A stretch of 62,424 nucleotides of DNA, the filler included, from Cladosporium halotolerans (lineage: Eukaryota): assembly GCF_011745625.1 (NCBI RefSeq). It is 8 parts of 8 records of this genome, joined end to end, with 100 filler letters (N's around TTAATTAATTAA, not from the genome) between each part and the next. Parts side by side here need not be neighbours in the genome. Positions count along the whole stretch, not along the records: positions 8,167 to 16,197 come from NW_027191622.1; positions 16,298 to 24,193 come from NW_027191623.1; 6 more parts are not named here. One strand, given 5' to 3'. Position 1 is the stretch's first letter; each line of letters begins with the position of its first letter. Made by a program: the position numbers and the translations under genes. The notes under the pieces were generated by a model, which was not told the origin of the DNA, made no database searches, and saw nothing but the letters and a program-made list of their open reading frames with translations. Positions 10,252 through 22,059 of this stretch are shown in pieces.

Positions 10252-12907
10252 CTGCAACGGCACGGCTGTGTCTACAGTGGCTGCGCTCGAGGCAGCCATC
10301 GAGCGTGGGGCCGAAGTGGCATGCTTGCAAGAACCGCATGTGGGGAAGAAGCACACGATAAGCCACCCAGGGTTTCAGATACGGTGGCCGGAATGTGCAA
10401 GGAAAGATACGAGAGTGGCGCTGGCGATTCGCAACGATGCGCTAGACCGCTATGTTTTTGAGGAGAGAACGGACCTAGTGGACAGCCCTCACGTGCAGTG
10501 CCTAGACATCTGGGAGACCGTGAAACGCAGGAAGACTCGGCGAACAAGGCTGATCAACATCTACAACAGAGCCAGAGTACAAGGGGGAGGATACACGATC
10601 GACCACATAGATGTGTCACGACTCATTATTGGCAGGACCATCCTCGCAGGCGACTTCAACGCCCGTAGTCCCGCGTGGGATCCGTGGGTGGCGGGCAGAC
10701 AGAACGCCCAGAAAACGGAGCTACTCATTGAGAAACACGGGCTCATCGTCAACAATAACGACCACCAGGCCACCAGACGCGGCAAGAGCAGTCGGTCGAT
10801 CATCGACTTGACCTTAAGCACGCGCCGGGTTGGGATGCTTGCCAGATGGGAGATCAATGAAGAGCTGGCCACGACTTCCGACCACGGAGTAATCATCTTC
10901 TCGTGGGAGCCACTGGGTGTAACCACATCCGACAGAGAAGGATTGGTAGCGCCGAATTGGAACATCGATCGGCTATGTGCAGACGAAGAAGCCATAAAGT
11001 CAGCCGGCGAACACTGGCGTGAGCTAAGCGACCGCAGAGCACCTTTGCACGATCAAGCGGCGATGGCCGACCTCGAAGCCGAAGCGCGCTGGATGCAAGA
11101 TAGCCTCACAGCCGTCCTGGACAAGCACGCACCCGGAAAGCCACCGAGCGCACGATCGAAGAGATGGTGGACGGACGACATCAGGAAGGAGAGACGGCTG
11201 TTCGGACGTGCAACGCGCGACTACAATCATGACCGAATCGACTTTGCCGAGTATCGACGGGTGAGAAACGACTACTACCGCCACATTAGACGAGCAAAAC
11301 GAACAGCGTGGGAACGCTTCCTCGAGGGCGTCTTTCCCATAGACGGTGAGTCCGAAATCGCATCGGACCCGTCAAGGTGCTGGCGAGCACTCAAATACAC
11401 GAAAGCTTTAGTGCCGTCGCACACACCGGCAATCAAGATTGGAGGGACGGATAGTCGGCCAGGCAGGGTCGCAGCGACTGCAGAGGACAAAGAAGAGGTT
11501 TTCATGGCGCAGGCCTTTCCGCACCAGCCCAGAGACGACGGAGACATCCAGATCCCAGACACCAGAGTCAGTATAAGAGCATGCGAAGTCCGGCAAGCCC
11601 TTTTCGCACAGTCGACCAAAAAAGCTCCGGGCCTGGATGGCATAAGCTTCAAAGCACTCAGACTGCTATGGCGATGGGCGGAAAAGCGTATCGTGGCGCT
11701 CAGCGCAGAGGGGGACCACCCGACGCATCAGCTTTTACCTGCCAACTTCCGTTGTGGCGAACTATACCGTCATGAGGAAGCAACTGGTCAACCTTCAAGC
11801 ACCGGCTGGACACGGCCAGAGAAGGTTCATCGATCGCTTGGAAGCAGACTTGCACAGCAGATCGTCAGGCACGTCAGCTATGACACCGAACACGGTTTCG
11901 ATCTGACCTGCAAGGTGACTTCACCAATGACAAGCCCGGTGATACGGACACAAGGGTACTCACAGGTGCCCGACAGAATGTCTCCTGACAACGCGCAACA
12001 GTTGACGCTGTTCGTCAGCGTAACTAAGGACGTCAGCTTTGGGGTGGGCGCGGCATGGAAAGTGCGCTCCGGCTGGAAGACAAAGGTGCGGTCGCTAGGA
12101 AAGTACATCACGGAGATCGATGCCGTACTGCTCGGCGTAGACATGGTGATGAAGAGCCTTCTCTCGACACTCCGCGAATCAGACCATTATCGCGCCGAAA
12201 TAGTGACAAATTCGCCGTGGGCGCTGGCCAGCATTGAGAACGCAGGACAGTGGATGTTACCTGTGATCGCGAGCATCAAGAGACAGACCGGGCGAGTCGA
12301 GGCCGAAGGAGGTAGGGTGGTCCTGACGTGGCTGTCAGATGATAGCAACACTGAGGGTTACAAGACAGCTTGCGCAGCGGCGCAACGAGCAGCAAAACAA
12401 CAGCCCAAGGAAATGCGGTCGGCGTCTCTGTCGTATGTAAGGCAATCTGTGAAAGAGAATTGGAAAAGCGCACCAGCGACCGACAAGCACATCGAAAACG
12501 CGAAGAAGTCAACCGCTGCCCGCTACCTACAATTGAATTCAGGCCATGCAATTACAGGTGTTCACCTCCTGAGAATAGGAAAAGTGCAAGATGCCCATTG
12601 CTGGTGGTGTGGCAGTAGCAAACAGACGGTGGCACACCTTGTGCTGAGGTGCCGGAAATGGTGGAGAGAGCGAGACAACATGCTGCAGACGCTGAAGGTC
12701 AAGGTGACCACGGTCGGCGAGATGCAAGACCAGGCACTTCTGATGACTTTATTCGAACGAGCTACTTTGGTAGCGATGCTCCGATTCATTGAGAACACAA
12801 AAGTGGGCAAAAAGCCGACAGACTATCTACACAAGAGTGATTCGTGGGACATTGAGAGACTCGACCAGGGAGAAGGGGACGACGTGATAGGGGACGGAGG
12901 AGGATGA
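10232..12907 (+). CDS. LINE ORF2: AP-endonuclease, start of RT only, degenerate RNase H-like region, C-terminal CCHC finger
   Basis: MIVLQHNCN, LQEP, AGDFNA, SIIDLT and TSDH (APE); KRWWT and KAPGLDGI then directly SAEGDHPTH, with no YRPISLL, QGS or YADD motifs; CWWC...HLVLRC. Overlaps the ORF1 stop by 20 nt. Confidence 0.9.
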   Translation: MIVLQHNCNGTAVSTVAALEAAIERGAEVACLQEPHVGKKHTISHPGFQIRWPECARKDTRVALAIRNDALDRYVFEERTDLVDSPHVQCLDIWETVKRRKTRRTRLINIYNRARVQGGGYTIDHIDVSRLIIGRTILAGDFNARSPAWDPWVAGRQNAQKTELLIEKHGLIVNNNDHQATRRGKSSRSIIDLTLSTRRVGMLARWEINEELATTSDHGVIIFSWEPLGVTTSDREGLVAPNWNIDRLCADEEAIKSAGEHWRELSDRRAPLHDQAAMADLEAEARWMQDSLTAVLDKHAPGKPPSARSKRWWTDDIRKERRLFGRATRDYNHDRIDFAEYRRVRNDYYRHIRRAKRTAWERFLEGVFPIDGESEIASDPSRCWRALKYTKALVPSHTPAIKIGGTDSRPGRVAATAEDKEEVFMAQAFPHQPRDDGDIQIPDTRVSIRACEVRQALFAQSTKKAPGLDGISFKALRLLWRWAEKRIVALSAEGDHPTHQLLPANFRCGELYRHEEATGQPSSTGWTRPEKVHRSLGSRLAQQIVRHVSYDTEHGFDLTCKVTSPMTSPVIRTQGYSQVPDRMSPDNAQQLTLFVSVTKDVSFGVGAAWKVRSGWKTKVRSLGKYITEIDAVLLGVDMVMKSLLSTLRESDHYRAEIVTNSPWALASIENAGQWMLPVIASIKRQTGRVEAEGGRVVLTWLSDDSNTEGYKTACAAAQRAAKQQPKEMRSASLSYVRQSVKENWKSAPATDKHIENAKKSTAARYLQLNSGHAITGVHLLRIGKVQDAHCWWCGSSKQTVAHLVLRCRKWWRERDNMLQTLKVKVTTVGEMQDQALLMTLFERATLVAMLRFIENTKVGKKPTDYLHKSDSWDIERLDQGEGDDVIGDGGG

Positions 12908-13923
12908 AGTGAAGCCGGGGATACGACGCCAAGAGTGTAGGAGGGCTTAGAGCCCAAAAGCCGTGGCGGCTTGTTGAAGTCGGGATGGCGAGCAAGATTA
13001 CTGGATCCAAGGTCAAACGAGAGCGCAGATGGAAGCCAGAGAAGTCGTCTAGAAGTTAGCTAGGCATGTCATAAGCTCAATAGCTTCAATACAGTATGAT
13101 TTAAAAAAAAAAAAAAAAAAAAAATGAATCGCCGCGCATGCTGACTCACGCTCGGCAAGGGTAAGACCGATTTCTGGTCGGCACAAGGGTCAAGGCCTCA
13201 CGTGTAGGTCGTTGTTTCTGCGACCCTGTTGACGCTTTTGTGATGGCTCAGAATAAAAGCCCACGAATTATGGCCTGTTGTCGTGAATTGAACGTGTGGC
13301 TCAGGATTTGTGGTCGTGAAGAGTCTTCGATGAGCCGCTACACGGCGCGATCCAGTAAAGACATTCGCGAGGAACGGAGAGAGAGAGGAAAGGAAGAGAC
13401 CATAGAATTGAACAAAGAAAGGTGGTAATTCCAAAGCGCTTGGCCTCCGCCCGAGGCCGCTCAGGTAGCGCTGCACGGACGCCGATCCGTTTTCTGGAGA
13501 TACGGCTCTTGTTCCGTGCGAACTTGGCTCAGGAATGCACACAGCGCGCGGGGCCAAAGAGGTGTCGAAGACAACGCAGCTCCCCCTGTCGACAAACTGG
13601 TGTCGGCCGTGCTTGCGCTGCAGCGGTCAAAAACGAGAATAGCGGCAGCAGCGGCCAGACTGACGGCCGTTCACGGCGTCGAGGTTAGAGTCGCAGGGCT
13701 CTCAAAGCACGGAGCGGAAAGACGTGGGATGGAGGTATGGTGTTTTGGAGGCCAGGTTTCGAGGTTGTGCCACGGACGGAGTCATCACCAGCCTTTGCTG
13801 ACCGGAATGAGTCTTGGCGAATCCAGGCGGGATCCTTGAACGGACAGTGGCACGCGTACGGTCTTTGGCGGTTCTGACATGACATGGTACTGCACAGTAC
13901 AGTCCAGCAAGAAAATCATGTGT

Positions 13924-14400
13924 CCCCCCTGCCTTCCTCCCTGCCTTCCTCCTTGCCTTCCTCCCTGCCTTCCGAACTGACGTCCTTCCTACCCTTTCCC
14001 TGCCTCGTCGCGGTCGTCTTTCGCGCCTTCTTGTTGCCAGCTCCTTTTTCTCCTGCCTTGCCTCCTCTTCCTCCGTGCCCTATCCCTTTCTTGGCCCCTT
14101 CCTTACCCTTTTCTTGCCCCCCTGCACTTTTCCCTTTCCCTTCCCTTCCCTTTCTTTCCGTCCGCTTCCATGCGTTTCCTCCCGCGTTCCACTCTGACTG
14201 CTCCTCTGCCTCCTCTTTTCCTTCGTTTCCTGCCTCCTTCCCTACCTTCCAGTCCAGCCTTTTCCTCTCTTGCTTCCGTCTTGGCCTCCTCTTGCCGTCA
14301 CTCACTACTCCTCCTTCCTGCCTTTCTTTTCTTTATCTCTCCTTCCATCCCTCCTTCTTTTGGCTTTCCTTCCATCTTCCCTCCCTCCCTTCCACCCAAT
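13924..14400. repeat. Pyrimidine-rich low-complexity tract (CCTT/CCCT-type, includes 12-bp unit CCTTCCTCC(C/T)TG about 3x)
   Basis: About 480 bp that are strongly C/T-biased on the + strand. Confidence 0.85.
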
Positions 14401-16297
14401 CACCCAACCACCTCGAGAGAAACCAGTCAGCGGTTTGCCTCTACGTCACGGCGCGATGACACTGCTTCCTACGCAGCGCACTACCGCGGAATGCCGTGAG
14501 CTGAAGCAGAAAAAGAGCTTGAGATCAAGGTCGGCATTTCACTTTCGCGCATTCGTGTCGTCTGGAGTACGCATAAACGAACGGCGAGTCAAGACCATCG
14601 TAGCACGGCACAGAAGCATACGGCGTGCCGTACAGCAGGAGACGAGATAAAAAGTCATGAGCAGGAGCAAAGCAGCACCGAAAAGCGTCGTCGAGCATGC
14701 CACGACACCATACGTTACGCCCTGTCACGGCACCGTATGGCACATCGAGTCGACGTGCAACGAAATCGAAATCGCCAGTCTGGTGCTTCATCCTTCCCCT
14801 CACCTTTCCAAATCGCCGTGGGGATGGACGGACGCTGCCCGCGAGCGAACGGCGGATCACGTTGTCAGCTATGGCGGTTGATCCACAGACGTCCAAACCC
14901 CGGGTCAGCAGGACCACTCTTGCTGCCCTGCCCGCATATGCAAAACAGCAGCGTGTGAAGCTCCTCAGTGAAAGCCGTCCAAGACACCACCAATAACCCG
15001 AGGCGGGCAGGAAGATCGACAGCGGTCGCGGCGTGTTCCCCCCTTGCCCCTTTTGACATTTCTGGGGTTGAAAATACCTCGGTCAAGGACTGAATGCTAA
15101 CGAACCTCTCGCAGACTATCGACGTGATCGCGAAAGAGTTAATGTGCCACGGCATTCGAGGTCGTATGCGCTGATTTTGAGGGTTGCTCAAGGCCAGAAG
15201 CGATGGCCCTTTGCGACTGCAGGGTCTCCCTCTATTGTGGCCAATAACGTCGGCCGACCTCGCCGCTGCAGGGCTTCCGTAAGGATGCTGGTTGACCTTA
15301 CGCAACCATCATGGCACACGCCTCTCCGGTGCGGATATTAGCAATGCCGTCCGCACGTCTGTCCGCATCGCCAGGAGGGCTTTGATCCGTGCCCGCGGGC
15401 GCGCTGTCCTTGCTTCCTGGAGCCACATGTCGAAAGGTCAACGGTGCAGCCGAAGTGTTCGTGGGTTTCTTCTGCCATGTTTGCGCCACGCCTATGGACA
15501 AGCTCCGAGCAGGAACGATTTTCTGTGCGCCCGTGTCGACAGGACGCTGAGTGGATGTCCTCAGCGATTGCTGCATTACTTCGGAGCTGCTGACGGGGTT
15601 CAGCCAAGGGCCTCCGCCCCAGCGTCACTAGTTCGTGGCGGTCAAGGAATGGCAGGGGCCTGCGGTCGACGTGACGACTAATCAACTCCTTGTCAGACCT
15701 CCCAACCCCGCCCCTGCCCCTATTTTACAGAAGGAATTAGGTGACGAGAAAAATGGCTCGCACGTGACGATGAGGACCTCAGCTGGAAGGTCGCCCGACG
15801 TCCGTAGTAAGGATGACATGGCGGCCGGACACCGTAGGTGCATTGGCCCGTCCTCATGGACAAGGCTCTTGTCGGACGAAGAGCCAAGCCATGGCCGGCG
15901 TCGGGATGCTGTCGTCGATGCGGGAATTTGTGACAAGGTAGGGAGGATCTCACGTTTAAGCCACAACACGCGCATGTCGGGGCGGGCGGTGCGATACTGT
16001 AGTGAAAACAGCATTTTTTCCAATGGTAAAGTATCGTAATGGATGCTCGTCTCGAAACGACGTGTCAAGCTCCGCACCTGCCGCCGCCGAGAGGAAATCG
16101 GTCCGTGGATAAGAGGATCGCTGTCACCTCTGCAATACGACAGGCCGAAACATGTCCGTCGGGGCATCCGGCGTCCCTGGCCGTCAAGCGGAGCTGANNN
16201 NNNNNNNNNNNNNNNNNNNNNNNNNNNNNNNNNNNNNNNNNTTAATTAATTAANNNNNNNNNNNNNNNNNNNNNNNNNNNNNNNNNNNNNNNNNNNN

Positions 16298-16392
16298 CGC
16301 GCTGTCGTCGAGCTGCGACGACGGGCGCACAGTGGCGGCCATTGGTTAGATCTGCCAACTAGGCACAGTATTTACTTGAAAAGCGTCTTTTT
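16298..16392 (-). repeat. Terminus of an unassembled repeat; exact reverse complement of 62326-62420
   Basis: 95 bp identical in inverted orientation at the ends of two different contigs; includes the GTCGTCG-agctg-CGACGAC hairpin. Confidence 0.9.
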
Positions 16393-16438
16393 TCTCAAAA
16401 ACAATCCCTCCAAGCGCGTGAGCGGCCAAGGCGCGTTA

Positions 16439-18578
16439 GAAGTCTTCCCCACGACGCGCACAGACACACCACGCGCACAGGCAACATCGACTTTTACCAC
16501 GACCTTTGATCGTTCATATCTCAATCCAAAATGTTGCACACACGTTGAATCTTGGCGCATTGAAGAGCGCATAAGTTGTTCTATGAATCGTGGGTCTGAT
16601 TAGTTACTGTAACGAGCTGGTAGTCTTGTTTCACGACCGCTTCTTGTCATGGGCTGTTTCGTGCGCTCTTCGACTACAGGTCCTACAGGACTCGCCGTCA
16701 CGATTTTTGGAGCTGTTTGCTTTTTTGGCCTCCCTCGCGGCTTTCGGATTGACACGCTCGGCTGTGTTTCGAGCTGTTTCGATGCCATTTTGTCCGCTTT
16801 CTCCTTCGCTCTAGAAGCCTTCTTTTCAGCAGCTGCTGTCTTCCGGGCTGCGGACGCCACTGCTCTATCCTCACGCCTCCGCTGCGCTTCTTCTTGCTTC
16901 CTCGCCTTTTCCTTAGCTCGTTCTTGCGCTCTGAGCCCTCTGTCCTGCCGTAGCTGCTCTTTGTCTTGCTCCCTACTCATCTCAATGTCCCTAGCCCTCT
17001 GAATCTTAGTTGGGCTCATCATGAGCGTGCCAGACCCTTCCGACGATCTTAATTCTTCGACAACCTTCTTCTGTCTTTTCCTTTTCTTCTATTGCCGGAA
17101 AGCTGCGTCAAGCTGCTTGTTTCGCAGTCTCGACAGCGTGAGCTTAGCGGACAAACCGAGCACGGTATCTCCGAGCTTCTCAAGCGTTCTCTGCATCTTC
17201 CTGTCACTTCTAGCCACACTGCTGTTGAGAACAGTCCGGACCCTCTTCGCCTTCGAAGGCGAGTCGAACGTACTGCTCGAGCTGCCGCTAGCTGGCCTCT
17301 CGGCCGACTGACGCCCTGATGTGTCTTCATCTGCCGTAGAGAATATCGAAAGCACTTTTTGAGGATCAAATGGCAGAATCCCCGTCTTGGACCATGCAGA
17401 TGCTATGTTTTTCGCTGTAAAACGCTTTTTCAAACGATGGCCAGAAGATTGCGAAGAAGTCTCGCTTGCTCATTGTTGTACGGCCTTCTGACTGCCGGAT
17501 AAGGCTGTCCAGCCCTTGGCTGTAATGATGAGCTAGAGGAGCGAACACGCTCACATACAGAGGCTGCAATCTGTGTGTGGAGTGAGGTGGGTAGATGGCA
17601 AGCAAGATCCTGTGTTGCTCACACCAGTTGAGGAACTTCATGTTGAGGTGTGAGCCATGGCCGTCAAGAAATAGCAGCCGCCACGACCTCTTCGCCTTGA
17701 CGGCAGTTTCCTTCTCGAACAGGCCGGTCAGCCAGCTGTCCCCGAGCTCATCACTAGTTCACCCGTTTGGCGAGGATGTGAAGTAGCAGCTTTGTCGTGA
17801 AGGCTCGAAGTCGTCGAGCCAGGTGTCTCGCAAGTTGCCGGAGACGGCTTTGTAGATCGAGATCGGCGATAGACTGGTGCCGTCTGCGCATATAGTGGCA
17901 ACAACAGTGATCCACTCCCGACTTCCATCTTGACCGGCCCCTCCGAGCCAACCTTGCTTGTATAAGTCTTTTGTGAACACTCTCTGCGTCTTCTGCAGCT
18001 TGCCAATAAGAAAGCCTTTCTCATCCATGGTATACATGTTTTTGGGCAGGATATCATATTCTTTGATTCTTGCACCCAGCATGTCAAAATACTGTTCGTA
18101 GCTAGCTCTGGAATCGGCCTTGTGACGTGCAAGGTCCAGGGTGTTGAGATATCTCGCATCAAGCTGGTCCTTGTGTCTGGCGACGAAGCGCGTCGACCAG
18201 TTCTTTGAAGGCTTCTTACGAAATATTTCCTGTGCGATGTTGGCCACAATCTTTGGTGTGGGTGGCAAACAGCGCTCGCAGAGTCTCCTGATGTACTTCA
18301 AAAGCTCTTTTTCCTGTGCGTTGTTGAGCAATCGCGTGGAGTCGTGATACTGGGCTGTTGAGGCGGCTTTGAGGTTGAAGCGCCTGCTGAGCGCAGATCT
18401 GCCGACATCATACTTTTTTGCAGCTGCCGAGATTGATAACCCACTTGAGGATCTCAGATCTGCAAGCGCCGCGTCCATTGAAGTCCTGCTCGTGGAGATA
18501 TCGCGTGTTCAACGCAGCGTGTCATGCTCGCGTTGCCTGTGCGCGTGGTGTGTCTGTGCGCGTGGTGGGGACGACTTC
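16439..18578 (-). mobile_element. Complete Fot1/pogo transposon (47-bp TIRs, TA TSD); transposase pseudogene 18478-16600
   Basis: TIR GAAGTC(T/G)TCCCCAC(G/C)ACGCGCACAGACACACCACGCGCACAGGCAAC with 2 mismatches; TA at 16437-38 and 18579-80; MDEKGFLIG and DGHGSH motifs; stops at 17759 and 17089 and a frameshift near 17430. Confidence 0.95.
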
Positions 18579-18796
18579 TATCCCTGGATCCCCGGTCGGC
18601 GAGTGATCCAGCCCTCAGGGGGGCTTGGCCACATCAAGTGCACATCTCTCACTTTGTCAGTCGGGGTCATCGTGATGATCATCAGCGTTTACCTGCGGAT
18701 CAGCTCTAGAGATGCATTTGTCCAACAGCCCATCGACGTTGCCAGTAGTACCGGGTCTTTGGCGTCGCGACAGGCACAAGTACCGAAGTTTATCTA

Positions 18797-20643
18797 ACGT
18801 ACTTGATGGCTTACGGACGCACCCCGCTTTCCGACGCGGCGAATTTTGGTTGACGAAACTCAAAATTATCCGCACATCGCAACTACAATACAATCACTCT
18901 CATATTCGCTTGAGCCATTCTCAAGTACTTCTCCTTCATCACTATCGATTTTTGCGCTGTCAGTTGGCTTGCGTGGCCGCCTGCGACTCTTTTTGTGACT
19001 AGCTTGCACTTTGGCTTCCTTCGCAATTTCGAGCACTTCTTGAGTGCTGAAGACGTACTTGTCCTTAAGCTTGATGCGCTTGCCATTTTTACGTTGTTGA
19101 CGAACTCTTAAAAGTGCCTCTGCATCAGCCAGGCGTTTCCGGAGGATTATGTTGTCGCTAAGAGCTATCTCGCCAAGCGTTAGCGCCCGCTCGTTGTACC
19201 GTCTGGCTGGCGACAGTAACGCTGTCTTTTTCCTCAGCTCAGAACGCAGCAAATCATTTGCTTGCCGCAACTCCGTGCTGTCTGGGGGTGAGCTTCGGAG
19301 CAGCGACATGTCGAAGTCACCATTGCAGCCTGGGGTGCGAGGTGTTGGACTTCCGTACCTTGGCTGTTGAATCTTGCTGAGCACTTCGATAGGACTCAGA
19401 GGACCCAGACCTGTAGCCCGCCAGCCACTCTTGATGTTGGTCTTTGTCATTGCTCTCTGACGTGCGCGAATGTACATTTCTGTCCACTCCACACGCTTGA
19501 GGCGGCCTGAATCGCGCCGAGACACGGCGTCAGTTTCGACCGCAAAAGCGCGTTTCAGTGGAGAGAAGACACCAACATCCAGAGGCTGTAGAACATGAGA
19601 ACAGTGCGGTGGCAGTATAAGGAGGTCAACAGCATTGTCCATACAGAAGGAGATGAACCTCGCGGTGATGTGGCTACCGTGACCGTCCATGATAAGCAGC
19701 CGGCGCTGGGATTCGGACAGCCTTGTCTGAGGCTTGAACGTGCCTTGCACCCACTCAAGTGCGTGGCTATCGGACGTCCAGCCACTATTGCTTGTAGTAA
19801 AGCGCCAGTTGTCCGGGGCATCAGTTGGAATCCAGCTGGTGTTGGTGTGCTTCGCCTTGAAGATCAACATAGGCGCCAGCGCTTCACCCGCTGCGCTGAT
19901 ACACTCGATCGCAGTTATCCACTCCTGCCGGGCCGTGTACAACTTTCCAGCTCGACTTTTCGCGAACATTTACAAGTACCCTCGACGTCTGGCTGGTACC
20001 CACTGCAAATCCAGATTCGTCCATATTGTAGACTCGTTCTGGTGGATACTGGTGCTCTAGGAAAAGCTCGGTGACAGCGTCAAACCGCCTCTTGACCGCT
20101 TCGGCATTGACAGCATTGTGCCTCGCGCTTCCTATTTGGCGTGTCCAGGTGCCCTGAATGTCTGGATGACGTTTCCGGAAGCGATCAAGCCATCGCTTTC
20201 CGATAGGGCGCCGTGAAGGTGGCGAGGTCGCGTCAGCCTTAAGCCGGTGACGCTGCTCTCGGATTTCTTTGGCCATATCAACCACGAGCGCAGTAGACGC
20301 AGGATACCCCGTCGCTGTCAGATGGGTGATCCATCTGGCCAAGGTCTTGACCTCACGCTCGGATAATATCTGGCGATACTCGTGCGCGCAGGATCGCGAT
20401 GCGCGTCCATTGATCCTGTGGCGGAGTGTGGATTCGGCTATTCCAAAAGAACGAGCAATCGCCCGGATCGGCACGGATGGATCTGAATTATACGCCAGTA
20501 GAGCTTCTTGAACAGGAGTATCGGAAGACGCGCTCGGAACACGTGGAATCGCGTCCATTGTTGGTGTTGCAAGGATTAGAAGGCGGGCGTCGAAATGGTC
20601 CCGTGTCGGAAAGCGGGGCGCGCCCGTAAGCCATCAAGTACGT
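18797..20643 (-). mobile_element. Complete Fot1-type transposon (43-bp ACGT-ended TIRs, TA TSD); transposase 20558-18866 with one frameshift
   Basis: ACGTACTTGATGGCTTACGG...TTTCCGAC(G/A)CGG inverted at both ends (3 mismatches); YNMDESGF, LIMDGHGSH, LPPHCSHVLQPLDVG; frameshift near 19935. Confidence 0.95.
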
Positions 20644-20803
20644 TACTTTGTATAATGAGCCATTTCGCATTCTACCTCGCTTAACAATCTCTTTGCGACT
20701 TTTAAATTAATCGTAAGATTCAACCCAGTTCAAAGAATCGCTTCTCAGAGAATCGCTTCTGGGACTCGACATGCCACCTCACTACCTGCTCATTACCATG
20801 TGT

Positions 20804-22059
20804 TCACCAAGACACTTCTGCTTCTACAGGTATCTGAAGCATGCGCTCGCCTGATGCGGTCGGACGGGGCAGTCGACCAGCCCTGATGTTCATCTGTAGC
20901 GATGCGTGAAGCAATCTGGGCGATGCTAGAGTCTCGTCACGCGTTCGACGCATCTCTATAAACTCATACTTTGCTGTTCCGTCCTTTAGGTGCTTATTCT
21001 TTTCCTTTTGCTGCTTCACAGTCATGAAGGGCACAGGCTTATCCCGGCCTTCTGGCGGATAGTCGTGGCCAATCCAGATTTTGGTGTCCTCAGGTAAAAG
21101 AAAGAGCTTTCGGCCTGAGTTAAAGATAGCCTCTGCACTGCCGCCCGGAAAATCGGCGCGAGCTGACCCGAGATCGATGTTGAATACCGAGTCCCCGACG
21201 AAGACGTTGTCTGGTTGAAAGGTCAGTCAAAGCCTGAGGATAATCGTATATTTGCGCACTCACTTCCGATCTTGTAGCCTACGTGGTCGGGTGTATGGCC
21301 CGGTAGGTGGAGAACTTGGGCAGTGAGATTTCCGATCTGGAATGTTTCATCATCCTCCCACAACTTGTCGAAAACCCCTTCATAATCTTTGGCTGGGATG
21401 TTGTATCGGGCCCCGAACATTTCCTGCACCTGTTTGATGCGACACCCGATGCAAATGGCGGGTTTTTGACCACACTCTTGGCTAAGACGTTGCTGTAAAT
21501 ATGAGGCTGCTGTCATATGGTCTGCGTGGGCATGCGTTTCTAGTATCATGTCGATTTTGTAACCTTTGTCCACGACAAGGTTGAACAGCACGTCGGCAGA
21601 CTTGGTCGAAATCTTGCCGATTGCAGGATCATAATCGAGGACAGGATCTATGATGACAGCGGCCGATTTTGCAGGATCGGCCACCACGTATTGCCATGAG
21701 CCAGTCGTCTTGTCGAAGAAGTCGTGGACGATAGGTTCGGCTAGGTGGCTGGAAAGACATTCGTTGATGGTCGAACTCGTGTTTGCTTGTGTGTGCCCCA
21801 ACGGACTGAACGTGCGAATGCTGTTGTGACGGAACGGATGTGAGGCGCAATACGCTGCTGTAAAGCGCTTCGTGGGTTGGATTACCCCCGGGATGGCGGT
21901 GCTGATGTGTAAGCTGTGGCGGTAATGGTAAGACGCGCCCAGCGACAAGGATAGCGGAGGACTTCCCAGCCTCAACGTTTGAGCGCTACTTCTCATAAAA
22001 AGCGATAGTGGCTTCATCGTGTTGTTTTTGGCCATCGTTCGAAACGGTAATCTTTGCAT
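20804..22059 (-). CDS. Persulfide (sulfur) dioxygenase, metallo-beta-lactamase fold, ETHE1/Blh-like; intron 21211-21263
   Basis: IIDPVLDYD, ETHAHADH, LPGHTPDH; after splicing GTGAGT..CTGAC..CAG it continues NVFVGDSVF...ARADFPGGSA...GHDYPP...SLQMNIRAGRLP. N-terminus is Arg/Ser-rich and acid-poor, like a mitochondrial presequence. Confidence 0.9.

Larger units (their letters stand above)
8331..13123 (+). mobile_element. Tad1-like LINE with both ends, poly(A) tail and 12-bp TSD; RT core deleted
   Basis: TSD ATGAATCGCCGC at 8319-8330 and 13124-13135; A22 run at 13103-13124; two long open ORFs. Confidence 0.95.

Noticed and set aside
13884..14650. Pro/Phe/Ser-rich and Gly/Lys/Glu-rich ORFs
   Set aside because: By-products of the pyrimidine tract, which lacks stop codons.
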